Shown here: piece after piece, positions 25,710 through 38,249 of the stretch
Layout of the letters: every line of letters starts with the position of its first letter
Position numbering within the stretch: position 1 is the stretch's first letter
Source of the DNA: Octopus vulgaris
Lineage: Eukaryota
Reading direction: 5' to 3'
NCBI GenBank assembly: GCA_951406725.2
Contig: OX597823.1
Coordinates: 41,726,001 to 41,790,000, forward strand
Length of the DNA: 64,000 nucleotides
The notes under the pieces: model-generated
What the model saw: only the letters and a program-made list of their open reading frames with translations
Told to the model about the DNA's origin: nothing
The model's database searches: none
Translations under genes and position numbers: made by a program

Positions 25710-26615
25710 CGAGATAACTATCCAATACCAAGTCATATAGGAGGGTGCTATAAGAAGCATGGATGCTGCTGACACAAACCCAGGTGAAGCCAACTGTCGG
25801 TGCTATAACCTCATGCACAGGGATTGCTGGCATTTTTAGTAGCAATGGACAGTGATGGTCTCCCTCGGTCATGAGTAAACAGTCATCATATATATATATA
25901 TACTTTATTTAAAGCAGCAGAAAATTCAACAAAACCTGTTTGATTGATAACTCCTAGTACATGCATCCTGGTTTGAGAATTTCTTCTACTACCATCTTAA
26001 CTATTACATACACACACACTTGTATACATACCATTATCAATATTGTAAAAAATAGTGATGATGAATTAAATATATTTTCTCTAGATATATTAGATATATG
26101 TATATGTGTATGTTTCTGGGTGTATATATGTGTTTGCTTGATGTGTCTATGTATGTAATGTATGTGTTTAATAAAGCATATATGTATTACATTTTAATTT
26201 AGATATATCGAGAAGCTTACATCATACTTTATATATCTATAATGGGCCAAGAGATGAAATTATTCACAAACACAGCTATAAACTCAAAACCACATACACA
26301 CATACATACATCATTAAATCTGCATACATTTTGCATATTACCAGAGACAGATGCATATAGAAATTAGAGAGATAGAATGAAAATGTGGGGGGGGTGGAAG
26401 GCACAAGTAAGACTGATTTAAGTCTACAAAGTAGATCTTGTAATTGAGGGAGTGGGAAGTGATGGGGTTGCAGGAACTATTCTCTTTATTGAATTTTGGT
26501 TATTAAATTTGGTGTTTATATTCGGAAGCAAGAGAGAAATTTTTGCCTAAATTTAGACTCAAGCTCAGGAAACAAATTTTCTCACGTTTTTATTTACTAT
26601 TTATCATTATTATTC

Positions 26616-26661
<46 letters not shown>

Positions 26662-26858
26662 CATCACCATCATCATCAACAACATTGTGCTCATCATCAT
26701 CATTGTTGTTTTCATTTTTCTTGATAAGTTGTTATAAAGATTTTTACTCGATGTTTTTAAAAAAAAACGGCAAAACCCTTTGTAACCTTTCGTCCTGTCT
26801 TGTCCCTTTATGTAATCATGCGTGTCAGCCCTTGTGGCCAATAAAAAAGAATTGATTA

Positions 26859-26909
<51 letters not shown>

Positions 26910-27359
26910 CATCATTATTGTTGTTGTTGTTTATTTATTTTTAATCTTGCTTCAATTGATTTCTAAGTGTGAGACATAAATATATATATACATTTCACTG
27001 ATAGCTGCTGCATTTGATATGGAGGGAAAGTTAGGACATGATGTGTAAGAATATATTCGCTGCTGCTCGGTGACTGATTTTTATCTTCTAAAATAAAATA
27101 AAATAAAACAGTTTAAAGCAGACATGGAGCAAGATTTATTTTAGAATGTGATAATAGCTGATGGCTGCTGCTGTGGTCGATATATATATTGCTAGTAAGT
27201 AATAGAGTGAAATAGTTAGATTTGAAGATAGCTATGACCAACGTCGGGTTAAAACTTGATAAAAGAGAGCGTAGAAGTAATGCTAGAAATGAACGCCAAT
27301 GAAAGTTATATCATAGAATTAAAACAATGAAGTTATTTACTTACATAATTGAGATTGTA

Positions 27360-27597
27360 AAAGGCAGCGAGCTGGCAGAATCGTTAGCATGCCGGGTGAA
27401 ATGCTTAGTGGTATTTCGTCTGCCGTTACGTTCTGAGTTCAAATTCCGCCGCGGTAGACTTTGCCTTTCATCCTTTCGGGACCGATAAACTAAGTACCAG
27501 TTATGCACTGGGGTCGATGTAATCGACATAATCCCTTTGTCTGTCCTTGTTTGTTCCCTCTATGTTTAGCCCCTTGTGGGCAATAAGGAAATAATAA
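27360..27597 (+). mobile_element. Family-B tRNA SINE (Meta/MESC-like core), young full-length copy with TSD
   Basis: It has an A box TGGCAGAATCG, a B box GAGTTCAAATTCC, a core GACTTTGCCTTTCATCCTTTCGGGACCGATAAACTAAGTACCAG and a tail CCCCTTGTGGGCAATAAGGAAATAA. The direct repeat TGAGATTGTA lies at 27350-27359 and 27598-27607. The core-domain name is from memory. Confidence 0.9.
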
Positions 27598-27761
27598 TGA
27601 GATTGTAGCCATATTTGAAGTAGAATAAGGAAATATGTATTTGATGCTAGAACTATGCTAAGGTGCAAGGGATTGAGGTTAGGAAGATGGGACTAGATAT
27701 TATAAGCTTTTGCACTCTGTGAACTGAAATGTAACTGGCATTCCTTCACTTACAATGAAAA

Positions 27762-28050
27762 GGGTTCAAGTTGCTCGAGTCAATAGAACAAATTGCTTGT
27801 GAAATAAACATGCAAGTGGCTGAGCACTCCACAGACATGCATACCCTTAATGTAGTTCTCAGGGAGTTTCAGCATGACACAAAATGTGACAAAGCTGGCT
27901 CATTGAAATATTGGTACAACTCATTTTTGCCAGCTGAGTGAACTGGAGCAACATGAAATAAAGTGTCTTGTTTAAGGAACACAATGCACCATTGCAAATC
28001 GAACTCATGACCTTACAATCATGTGCCAAATACCATAACCACTTAGCCAC
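27762..28050 (-). mobile_element. Family-C tRNA/CORE-like SINE
   Basis: The minus strand has TGGCTAAGTGGTT (A box), GAGTTCGATTT (B box) and CAAGACACTTTATTTCATGTTGCTCCAGTTCACTCA, the last shared with 55263-55299. Confidence 0.8.
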
Positions 28051-28205
28051 TCACTTTCATGAGCTGAAATGTAGACAAATGCTAACCCCATGTATACTAC
28101 TCCATCTTCATTGCTGATGATACAGGCTTGGCAGACTGATGGCTAATTTGGTAACTAGAGTTTTAGTTGTTTCTTAAAATGAAGGTTGTGTGTTTATTTC
28201 ATTAA

Positions 28206-28427
28206 TCCATTAGCATTCAGATCATTCTATCAAATATAATGCTTAATTAGTCACATCATTTTGTACTAATTATGTATTATCTCATAGCTTAGAGATTTCG
28301 ATGATGTGATTATTTAATTTTTTAGAATGACATTGCAGGGTAGGTGTGAGAGACCAGATTTGGCTGGTTTAAACATAAAAAACGTACAATATTTTGGTTA
28401 GATATGGCTGGTTTAAATGCTAACAGG
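28206..28427 (+). mobile_element. piggyBac-type MITE (second family)
   Basis: TTAA lies at 28202-28205 and 28428-28431. The TIRs are TCCATTAGCATT and AATGCTAACAGG. An inverted homolog is at 50611-50831. Confidence 0.8.
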
Positions 28428-28659
28428 TTAAATAAGTGGATATTGACAAATGGGAACCATTTTGTATTTCCTATGAAAGTTTGTGTGTAGCATGATGGTT
28501 TATGAATGTTGTGTTACAAATCAACGTTGCTATTGGAGATGATCGGGTGTGAGCTAGTGATGTCAAAAATTAGTTTATCTTGAATTTTGTAGGGTGTATG
28601 TACAAAGTGGTATATTTGTTTAATCTAAGTTCAGTTGAGCTCTTATTATTGAGAATACC

Positions 28660-28870
28660 CTGCAGAATCATTAGCATGCTGAGCAGAGTGCTTAGTGGCA
28701 TTTCATCTGTCCTTATGTTCTGAGTTCAAATTCTGTTGAGATGAACCTTGTCTTTCATCCTTCCGGGGTCAATGAAATAAGCTCCAGTAACATACTGGTG
28801 GGGTTGATGTAATTGACTAGCCCTCTTCCCCAATATTTCAGGCCTTGTGCCTATAGTGGAATGGATTATT
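28660..28870 (+). mobile_element. Family-B SINE with GGCCTTGTGCC-(ATT) tail
   Basis: Head and core match 27363. The tail is GGCCTTGTGCCTATAGTGGAATGGATTATT. Confidence 0.8.
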
Positions 28871-29603
28871 ACAATCCTCCCCCTCCTCCCCCTCCTCCTC
28901 CTCCTCATCATCATCATCATAATTTTTCTGTTTTATTGATTATTAAGTATGTAGAGTAGAGAGGGTATGTCATTGATGAGGTCACAAATGGCAATGAAGA
29001 GACTTTGATAAACCAACCTGATTGATTGATCGACAGAATGGTTAACCAAACAATCAATTAATTAGTTAAATGATTAACTAGTTGACAAATAGCAATAAAG
29101 AAGTGAAATAATACCAATGCACATATTTATTATTGGTATAATGACCCACCCAAGATACAACAATATATGTTTCAACACAAGCTTTCACACATGAGTTCAC
29201 ATCAAGAATCTTGCTGAACAAATACAAAAACAAACTGCCTTTCAGAATTTGTCTGGCATTATAATGCTGGTATATTAATTATAGTTGTTTTGTAACACAA
29301 GAGATATATTGAGCATTATTATAGTTATAGATGTTGTTAATTTCTTTAGAAAGTGTTAGATATTATTTTTTAATATATTTATTTAATTATCTATTTATTG
29401 AATCCATTGCAGTAGTGATTTATATAAGTATGCCAGTGTATATAAAGAATAATGCTATGAACCATCTGTCTGTGGGAATCGGTTTAGTACTATCAGTCTA
29501 AAGTATGCTAGGTCAAATCAATAAAGTAAAAAATACTTGTGTTCAACCATTCCCATCAAAGAAATTCATACAACAAAAATATCTTTACAACATCTTACAT
29601 TAA

Positions 29604-29635
<32 letters not shown>

Positions 29636-29907
29636 CTAGAAGTGGAAATAGCAAGATGGTCTGAAATACAAGTAGGTAATGTAAAAGTAATACCAGTTGT
29701 AATTGGGGCATTAGAACCCATCCCGTTGGAACTACAAGACTTCTTCAAGTGCTTTGGAGTACCATGTAAGATTGGTGTCATACAAAAATCAGCCTTGCTA
29801 GGAGCTGCACACATTTTAAAGAAAGTATTATCTGTCTGAGGCCCTTATTAGGACATGACAGATGACTAAATACTCAGTGCATTTTCCATCTACACTGCAT
29901 GACAATG
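29636..29907 (+). mobile_element. R4/Dong-type non-LTR retrotransposon, 5'-truncated 3' end, in (TAA)n
   Basis: It encodes LEVEIARWSEIQVGNVKVIPVVIGALEPIP...IQKSALLGAAHILKKVLSV* (stop 29837-29839), the C-terminus of the restriction-like endonuclease domain. (AAT)n lies on both sides. Confidence 0.88.
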
Positions 29908-29935
29908 TAATAATAACAACAATAATAATAATAAC

Positions 29936-29971
<36 letters not shown>

Positions 29972-29972
<1 letters not shown>

Positions 29973-30121
29973 TCTTGATATGAGATAACCATGTCGCGCA
30001 CATATGGTTGTGATGCATGTGCCTGGTGTACCTTTATCAGACGGGTAGTCATGATGGGTATATTGGGCTTCGTATATTTTACCCCAGTGTCACTTTGATG
30101 GCATGAACTGCTCTCTCACTC
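29972..30121 (+). mobile_element. Non-coding (TAA)n-embedded element, probable 3' UTR of another Dong-like family
   Basis: It is flanked by (TAA)n. A longer homologous copy lies in reverse at 60588-60788, also embedded in the triplet repeat with the same polarity. Confidence 0.65.
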
Positions 30122-30163
<42 letters not shown>

Positions 30164-31584
30164 CTCAAAGTGTGCAGGAGGAAAAGAATAAATTTGAGGA
30201 GCACAGAATTGCCAAATGGAGAGAGAATGGAAGATCTAGATGATGGGTACAAGTACCTTGGGATCCTGGAGCTGGACAATATCTTGCGCAGAGAAATGAA
30301 AGACAAGGTCGTCACTGCATATTTCAAGCACCCCAAACTTCTCTTGAAATCAAAGCTCAACTCAAGGAACCTTGTGACTGCCATCAACATATAGGCTGTT
30401 GCTGTAGTCTGCTATAGTGCACCCATCCTATGATGGACACAAGTGGAGATTGACCAACTCAATCGCACTACCCAAAAGGTAATGGCAATGCATGGCGCCC
30501 TTCACCCTAAAAAAAATGTACACTGGCTCTTCATGAATAGAGGCAAAGGGGACATGGTCTGATTAGCATATAGGAGTGCATCAACAGTGAAAGAAGAAAC
30601 ATAGCAGAATATTTGGTAAACAGCAAACAAGCCCTGCTACAGTATGCTGCTAGTGCAGAAGGGGTTAACAAAAATGGACTTGAAAGTGCTCATCTATTCC
30701 AATCAAGAACAACCAACGAGAGAGAAGAAACCCTACTCAGTATGGAATTACATGGTCAGTTCTACTGTGAAACCAACAAATTAAAAGACTAGATATCATC
30801 ATGGAGGTGGCACATCAAGGGTGACCTAAAAAAGAAGACTGAAAGCCTAATTATCGTTGCCCAGGACCAGGCATTGAAGAACAACTCAGTGAAAAAGAAT
30901 ATATACCACTTGAGCGCATCAGACTTCTTTAGAATGTGTGGAAAGAGGGTTGAAAGCATGACTCACATTGTCAGTGCTTGCACAGAAAGAGTTCAAATGT
31001 AGACACGACAAGGTGGCTCAAACCCTCACTGGCTACTATGCCATAAGTGAGGATATGAGGTTACAGGTACCAATATACACCGGAAAATGTAATGGATGCA
31101 AAGGGGAAGGTAAAAATCCTCTGCGATTTTGATTTACAGACAGACAAAGTGTTAGAGATACCAAAGGCTGGTTATAGTAACCTTTAGGAGGGACAAACAA
31201 GAGTGTCTAATCTATGTGGCAGTGCTAGATCAACATATCATCATGAAAGAAAGAGAAAAAGTTGATAAATATGGAGACCTGAGAATTGAGATTGCTAAGA
31301 TGTGGCAGTTACAAGAGTCAAACAAAAAGGTTATCCCAATTGTCACGAGAGCATCGCATTTAATACCACCCAATCTAAAAACACATCTGAAAACCTTAGA
31401 AATACTCTAGAATCTAGATGTATTGCAAAAGTCGGCATTACTTGGAACTGCATGCATATTGCGTAAAGTACTGTCTGTCTGAGGTTCTTGTTGTGACTTA
31501 ACAAGCAATACAATTCTGCTCCCCCCAGTAGACACAATATCTTCAATCAACAACCTCACAATATTGTATACTGTACAAAGTCTA
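30164..31584 (+). mobile_element. R4/Dong-type non-LTR retrotransposon, 1.4-kb 5'-truncated decayed copy (RT end, CCHC knuckle, RLE)
   Basis: It contains YKYLGI, LLKSKLNSRNLVTAIN, HGALHPK, LHGQF, KGDLKKKTESLIIVAQDQAL, RMCGKRVESMTHIVSAC, RHDKV, KILCDFDLQTDK, EREKVDKYGDL and LQKSALLGTACILRKVLSV*. There are many stops and frameshifts, and (TAA)n flanks. Confidence 0.93.
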
Positions 31585-31599
31585 TAATAATAATAGCAA

Positions 31600-31822
31600 C
31601 AACAAGTCTCTATTTTTGGCACAAGGCCATCAGTTATGAGGAGAGAGGGCAAGTTGATTAAAATGCCTCCAATGCTCAGCTGGTGTTTATTTTACTGACC
31701 GCAAAAAAGACGAAAGGCAAAATTGACCAGTGCATGATTTAAGTCTAACACATAAAAGTGCTGGAAGAAATTCTGCTCAGCATTTTGTCCATTGACCTAA
31801 TGATTCTGTGAGATCATTGCCA
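31600..31822 (-). mobile_element. Family-B SINE, decayed; its tail is the (TAA)n tract occupied by the Dong stack
   Basis: TTTTGGCACAAGGCC...GACGAAAGGCAAAATTGACC...CTAATGATTCTG is the reverse complement of family B. Confidence 0.7.
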
Positions 31823-32899
31823 TGATGGCGATGATGACAACAAGGAGGTAAGAGAGAATTTTCAAATAAGTTTACTTTTGCAATTTAATTGTTTATACAG
31901 TTGTTTAGTTCTCAATAAATAAATTTTAAAAAGTGAATTTGAAATTCATTACCTAATTGAATCATTATTCTCATTATTAAAAATCAGATCCTAATTATCT
32001 GATAATTCTGTTTTTCCTGAAAATGATTGAACAAAAACACAAACCACTGTAGGAAACTGAACTTTCCAATAACCCACAACAAATATATTACTCTACAACT
32101 GTGTTCAGTTTTCTCTCTTTAAGAAACCAAACAGACACACGTATACACATACAGTGCATGCTGGTTATTGTAAAGCCTTCAAAACTGGGTTATTGTCTGT
32201 AGAAGTTAACTGTCTTCAGATTCAAATAGATATTTTTATTTTTCTCTTGCTACAATATTTCTCATAAAGTAAGTTTGAATTTTTAAAATACATTGTAAAT
32301 TTTATTAAATTTCATCTGTTTATTGGGTATTTTTTCTCACCCTGCAACTGTATTCTGAGTATCATCTGCTTTAAATTCAAATAAGAAGGCTTTCATTCTG
32401 AAAATCATATTTTGAATGGCATTGGTAATTTTGGGTACATTAAAAAAAATTATATAAAATGGCAAAGGCTTTAGTAATTTAATATCTAATTAAAGTTACA
32501 AAGATATTCAAAATTAAGATTAACATGCTACATAGGAAAGAGACTAACATTCCATGAGTGAACTCAACTGTCCGACAAGAATTTTTTGGTTTTTAAGTGA
32601 GATAAGCCAAGAGTACAATACACGCCTGAGATATACATGGTTTCTGGTTCAGTCCTACTGTGTGGCACCTTGAGCAAGTGTCATACATGTGCTCGCACAC
32701 ATGTACTCACTTCTTCCTCTATATTGAATTTTCTCTTAGCAAACAATTTATTTGGCATTGACAGACTTGAAAGGGGTTGAAGCATGTCTGTGATTCTCAT
32801 GAGTCACTGCTACAATGATTTTCACCTTACATATTGTGCTTTTGACACAGCATGTCTATGAAAAGACTCTCTCTCAGGTAAAAAAGACAAAAAACAGCA

Positions 32900-33129
32900 G
32901 CATTATATCTCATGCTTGCTTGAGTCAACAGAGTTTTTTGAGGTAGATTTTCTACAGCCAGATGCTCTTTCTGTTGCCAACCCTTACTTATTTCCAAGCA
33001 ACGTAACATTTCTCCATGCTCCATGGCCAGAGCTGTTTTCTTCTGAATAGTAGAAACAAATATCATTGCTTGTATGACAATGAAAGTTGTTAACCATCCT
33101 CACATGATGTCAAGACAAAGTACATGTAA

Positions 33130-33226
<97 letters not shown>

Positions 33227-33394
33227 AATAAAACTACAGGCCTCTTTCAGTTGCTGTCTATAAAATTCGCTCACCGAACTCTGGTTGGCCTGATGATATT
33301 GTAGAGGTCACTTGCCCAAGTTTCCATGCAGTTGGATTGAACCTGAGACTATACGGATGGAAAGCAAGCTTCCCAATCCTAGTCACACTCTCAC

Positions 33395-33395
<1 letters not shown>
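32900..33395 (-). mobile_element. Family-A SINE with internal (CA)n and RTE-like tail
   Basis: The head remnant is at 33238-33395 (CACTTGCCCAAG), (CA)n at 33130-33222, and the tail reads CATGCTTGC...CAGCCAGATGCTCTTTCTGTTGCCAACC. Confidence 0.7.
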
Positions 33396-33479
<84 letters not shown>

Positions 33480-33972
33480 CACTCACACAATCAAACATGC
33501 TCACTTCCACACTTCTCTATATTGAAATGCAAATAGCTATTTTTATGAAGTCGGTATTCCATTACAGTGATTGAATGTGCATCTACTATTTGCAATTGCT
33601 GCTTTGGTGTTGCTTCTGAAATGCATCATTTTAGAATGTGAGTGTAAGAAGGAAAAAGTAAAGAAAAGAGTGGACAGTTTTTAGTTTTGTTCTTACTCTT
33701 AAACTTACACAGCCTTCCATCTCATGAGTGTGTGTGTGTGTGTGTGTGTCGATGAAATGATATTCTCATCTGCAACATTTGTACTTAGAACATAAAAATA
33801 TTTGTTCTTGCGTACAACAAGCACACCAGTTTTCAAAGCCCAAAATTATTTAATGATATGAGCACTCATAGGTTTTTAGCTGCCTTCCTAAATATAATGC
33901 AGAAACACAACACAAGCATGCATGACTACACAGACACACACACAAACACACACTCATGCACATATGTGTCCC

Positions 33973-34005
<33 letters not shown>

Positions 34006-36744
34006 TGCATAGTCTCTCTCTCTCTTTTTCACTCTGTATATACAGCAAGAGAGAAGGAGATTGAGTGAGTAAACAAAAACTCTGCTACATATGTGTGTGT
34101 GCATATATATTATGTATGTATACGCATACATACACACAAACACACACATATACATGTGTGGGAACACACGTGTCTATGCATGTATATATGCGTGTGTATA
34201 TAGGTTTAGGTATATGTTTAAATACTGGTGCAAATTTATGTCATCAAACATGTACACACATAAACATACACATGAATATATGCACGCACACATACATGAA
34301 TATACATTTATATATGCATACACAAATGTTTACACACACACACACACGCAATCATAGATACTCATTGATATGTATACACATGCATATTAAACAATGACAC
34401 ATATTTGAAATCACAGATGAAAGCCTTAGAAGACCTTCAGTTGAGCATATTTATTTTCAATATAAATGTCTTCAAGCTATTTAAGGCTAATTTTCAGAGT
34501 ATGTGAAGGTCATAGTGAGCAAAATATATCCTGGAGTAATGAAAAACCTTAGATTCTATAGAGAATTGTGTACAGATTCAGAGACAATGTACTAGCTAAA
34601 CACAATATAGTCAGCTATCTATTATCTTCATCAACTTCACTGGTATAGGAAGTATAGGGAAAATATCTTAGCGTATCTACCCTAGATAAATGCATCTGCT
34701 TTTCTCTACTTCAAAATTCTCTCACGCACACACACATACTCATTCAGAGAAACATATAGCTATACAAATACTATATTCACATACTTATTTCATACACTCC
34801 TCTATTCTGCCTGTGTGTGTGTATGTGTGTGTGTGCATGTGTGTGTTTATATATATATATATAATATATGTATATCAATCTTCCTATCCCTTCATACATT
34901 CATCCATTTCTCTATCTCTCTGTCTCTTATTTGATAACTTTTACATATATATATATATATATATATATATCCCACCATAACTACCTTCTTCTTTTTCTCT
35001 AAAACTATATGCTGCAATGCTTGCATAATACTTCCACACGAAAATATACATGTGCCCCATATACATATATTGTATCATTTGAAATTGATATTCTTTTGTT
35101 TCCTGTGCAGTAGTACACAAATGCCTTATATAATGCCAGTATCAGTTTGCAATGCATGTACTTGAATTGTGTTTATAGAAGACTTACCTCTTTTAGTTGG
35201 TCAGAGGTGGAGGTGTAGTGGCCCTGTCCTTTGCAGGCTCTCACAGGGTGGAGAGAACAATATAACTGATGATAGTTGACCTCTCCAGAAAAATATAGAT
35301 TGAGACATAATTCCACAATGATGTAGTTCTATGGGTTAATGTGCAGACAAATTAATGAAGGGGGCATCTGAGAAATACAGTGGAAGTTATTGGGGAAGAA
35401 AACAGAAGAAAGCATGAACACTGCATCGTGTTGACCAAAGTGAAGAGAGTATTCAGCTTGTTATTTCAGAGGAAAAAGAATACAAAAAATGAAAAAGACC
35501 AGCTGAATGTGCAAATCACACAATTTGCTGCTGAAACAATTTCTTCCATATTCCCACCGGGTCAGTCACTACATGGAAAAACAACTCCAAACACCCTAAC
35601 ACCTATATAAAACGTTAGAGCACTACTACAGCAATAATTTTAAAAGCACACTCTCGCTCTCACCCAGCCCAGACTGGTTGATGGAACAACATACATTCAG
35701 AGAGACCTGCAGCATAAGTAGCCTTATTTATTAACCCCAAACACTGGGAGGTGTTGAAGAACTGCATATATCACACTCTGATTGAGTCTATTTTGTTCAC
35801 TTCTTCTGTGGTCACCTCAAGAAACTACAAGTGTTCAAAAATAGACTGGACAGTAGATGGAAACTAAATGAAGCACATTGTGTGTGCGTATGTGTCATTT
35901 TGCCTGTGTTTGTCCTCTGCCATTGTTTGACAACTGGTGTTATTGATAACTTATTGGTTGGGCAAAAGAGACTGATTGAATAAGTACCAGGTTTAAAAAA
36001 AGAAGTACCGGGTTCAATTCATTTGACTAGAAGATCTTCAAGGTGGTGCACCAGCATGGCTGCAGTCTAATGACTGAAACAAGCACACGCACTTACACAT
36101 AAATATAGATATTTATGTTTGAATGTGTGCCCCCTTGTCTTGACAATGTATGATAGTTGAAAGCAAGCATTACCATATTACCATCATGCAAGCTGTGCTT
36201 TCATTTCCAGTCTTACATGTAAACATGTCCAGCAAAGTAACAGGGGGGAGTTGGAGACAGGAATGGCATAAAGTTATAGAAAATTTCACTTAAAAAATTC
36301 CATCTGGTCCATACAAGCATAAAAATGCTGACATTAAAATGATGATTCTGATAATAATGATGATGATATATTTATGCGGACACAAGTGGTGCAATTTCTA
36401 ACTACTACACAGCTCAGTGGATTTGCTTGAAAAAGAATCTATATTTGTATCAGTCAATTGCCTAATTTTATATCGAAAACCAATTAAATTTGATTGCAAA
36501 TATTACATAGAAGCATTAAATAATATTATCTTGGATATCCAATCTTTCACTGTAAATTTACTGATGCTTAATATAGAGCGCTAATAGAAGAAGATAAAGA
36601 AAATTGTTTGGTTAGAGATGTAATAAATCTTAAAGTGTTTGATTTAAAATGAGGAAACTTATATAATAACTTACTGCATTGTATGATTATGTAGTTATAA
36701 ATGCAGCAAAAAAAAGCAGGATAACTATCTAGAAGGAGATAATA

Positions 36745-36810
<66 letters not shown>

Positions 36811-36971
36811 TAATGATCTCTTTCTTACATTGGCATAAATCTTACAAAAAACGTCAAGAAAAAATTCTCTTACTAGATGCAAGGTGTTTCCCAAATACAC
36901 TAATTGAGGATATAAATTCACATATAAACATAGATATGTATGTACAAGCATGTATACAAGCATATACCAGC

Positions 36972-37032
<61 letters not shown>

Positions 37033-37358
37033 TATATATACACATATATAGATACACCTACATACACATATACACTAATTGAGGATATTCTCAGTTTGAG
37101 GTTTATGTACGGAATACACCCCCCCGACACACACACACAAACATACATACACACACACAAAAAAAAATCAATACTTAAATATGCATACTTTACTAGTAAA
37201 TGAAAAGTGTGTGTGTGTGTTCATGTATGTATATACATATGTGTGTGTATCTGTGTCCTAATTTGCTAAGATGATAATTTTATATAATGTTTAATAAAGT
37301 TCTGCTTTTACTTTTAAAATTTTAAATTTCAAAAGAACAAAATACTTTAATGATAATA

Positions 37359-37614
37359 ATGAAGAAGGTGAAAATAGCGCCAATTATTGTTGGGTCCTTG
37401 GGGAGTGTATCAGAAGGCATCAAAAGGAATATAGTGGAAATTGGAATAGAGTGCCCTGTCGAGCTGTTACAAAAGTTTTGCCTCCTTGGCATCACAAGAA
37501 TAATTAGGAAAATGCTAGACATTTGAAAAGAACAGATAGCATGGTACTGTTGACTGCAATTAGCAAGCCTGCTATGCAGGCTACACTCCAAGAGTTCCAA
37601 AAAAGCCTGAGTTG
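37359..37614 (+). mobile_element. R4/Dong-type 3' end (third coding family) in (TAA)n
   Basis: It encodes MKKVKIAPIIVGSLGSVSEGIKRNIVEIGIECPVELLQKFCLLGITRIIRKMLDI* (stop 37524-37526). TAA repeats lie on both sides. Confidence 0.85.
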
Positions 37615-37649
<35 letters not shown>

Positions 37650-37839
37650 CCTTTCTACTATAGACACAAGGCCTAAAATTTGAGGTGAGGGGACTTCAGT
37701 GTTTCGCTGGTAATTAATTTATCAACCCTGAAAGGATGAAAAGCAAAGTCAACCTCAGTACAATTTGAAGATAGACAAAAACTGCTAAGAATTTTGCCTG
37801 GCATATTAACAATTCTGCCAGCCCTCCACCATAATGATG

Positions 37840-37900
<61 letters not shown>

Positions 37901-38156
37901 TAATAATAATAATAACCATCATCATCATCATTATTATTATCTTTTCTACTCTAGGCACAACTCCTGAAACTTTTGGAGAGGGAGTGCTAGTCAATTACAT
38001 TGACCCCAATACTCAACTTGTTCTTTTTTTATTCACCATGTGAACAAAAGGCAAATCCAACTGTAGTGGCATTTGAACTCAGGATGTAAAGGTAGACATA
38101 ATGCAGCTATGCATTTAGCTGGCATATTAACAATTCTGCCAGCCCTCCACCATAAT
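37650..38156 (-). mobile_element. Two tandem family-B SINEs separated by (AAT)n
   Basis: Copies at about 37650-37830 and 37940-38151 each have a CTTTCTACT...CACAA tail and a GGCAAA/GCAAAGTCAACC core. Confidence 0.75.
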
Positions 38157-38160
38157 TAAG

Positions 38161-38242
<82 letters not shown>

Positions 38243-38249
38243 CAACAAC

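Noticed and set aside
29607-31600. CRISPR-like repeat-spacer array ((TAA)n alternating with unique segments)
   Set aside because: The context is eukaryotic, the repeats are simple triplets and the spacers are retrotransposon ends.
35100-35830. Microsatellite-free stretch with a 76-aa ORF
   Set aside because: It has no recognisable motif or credible splice pair, so it is left unannotated.
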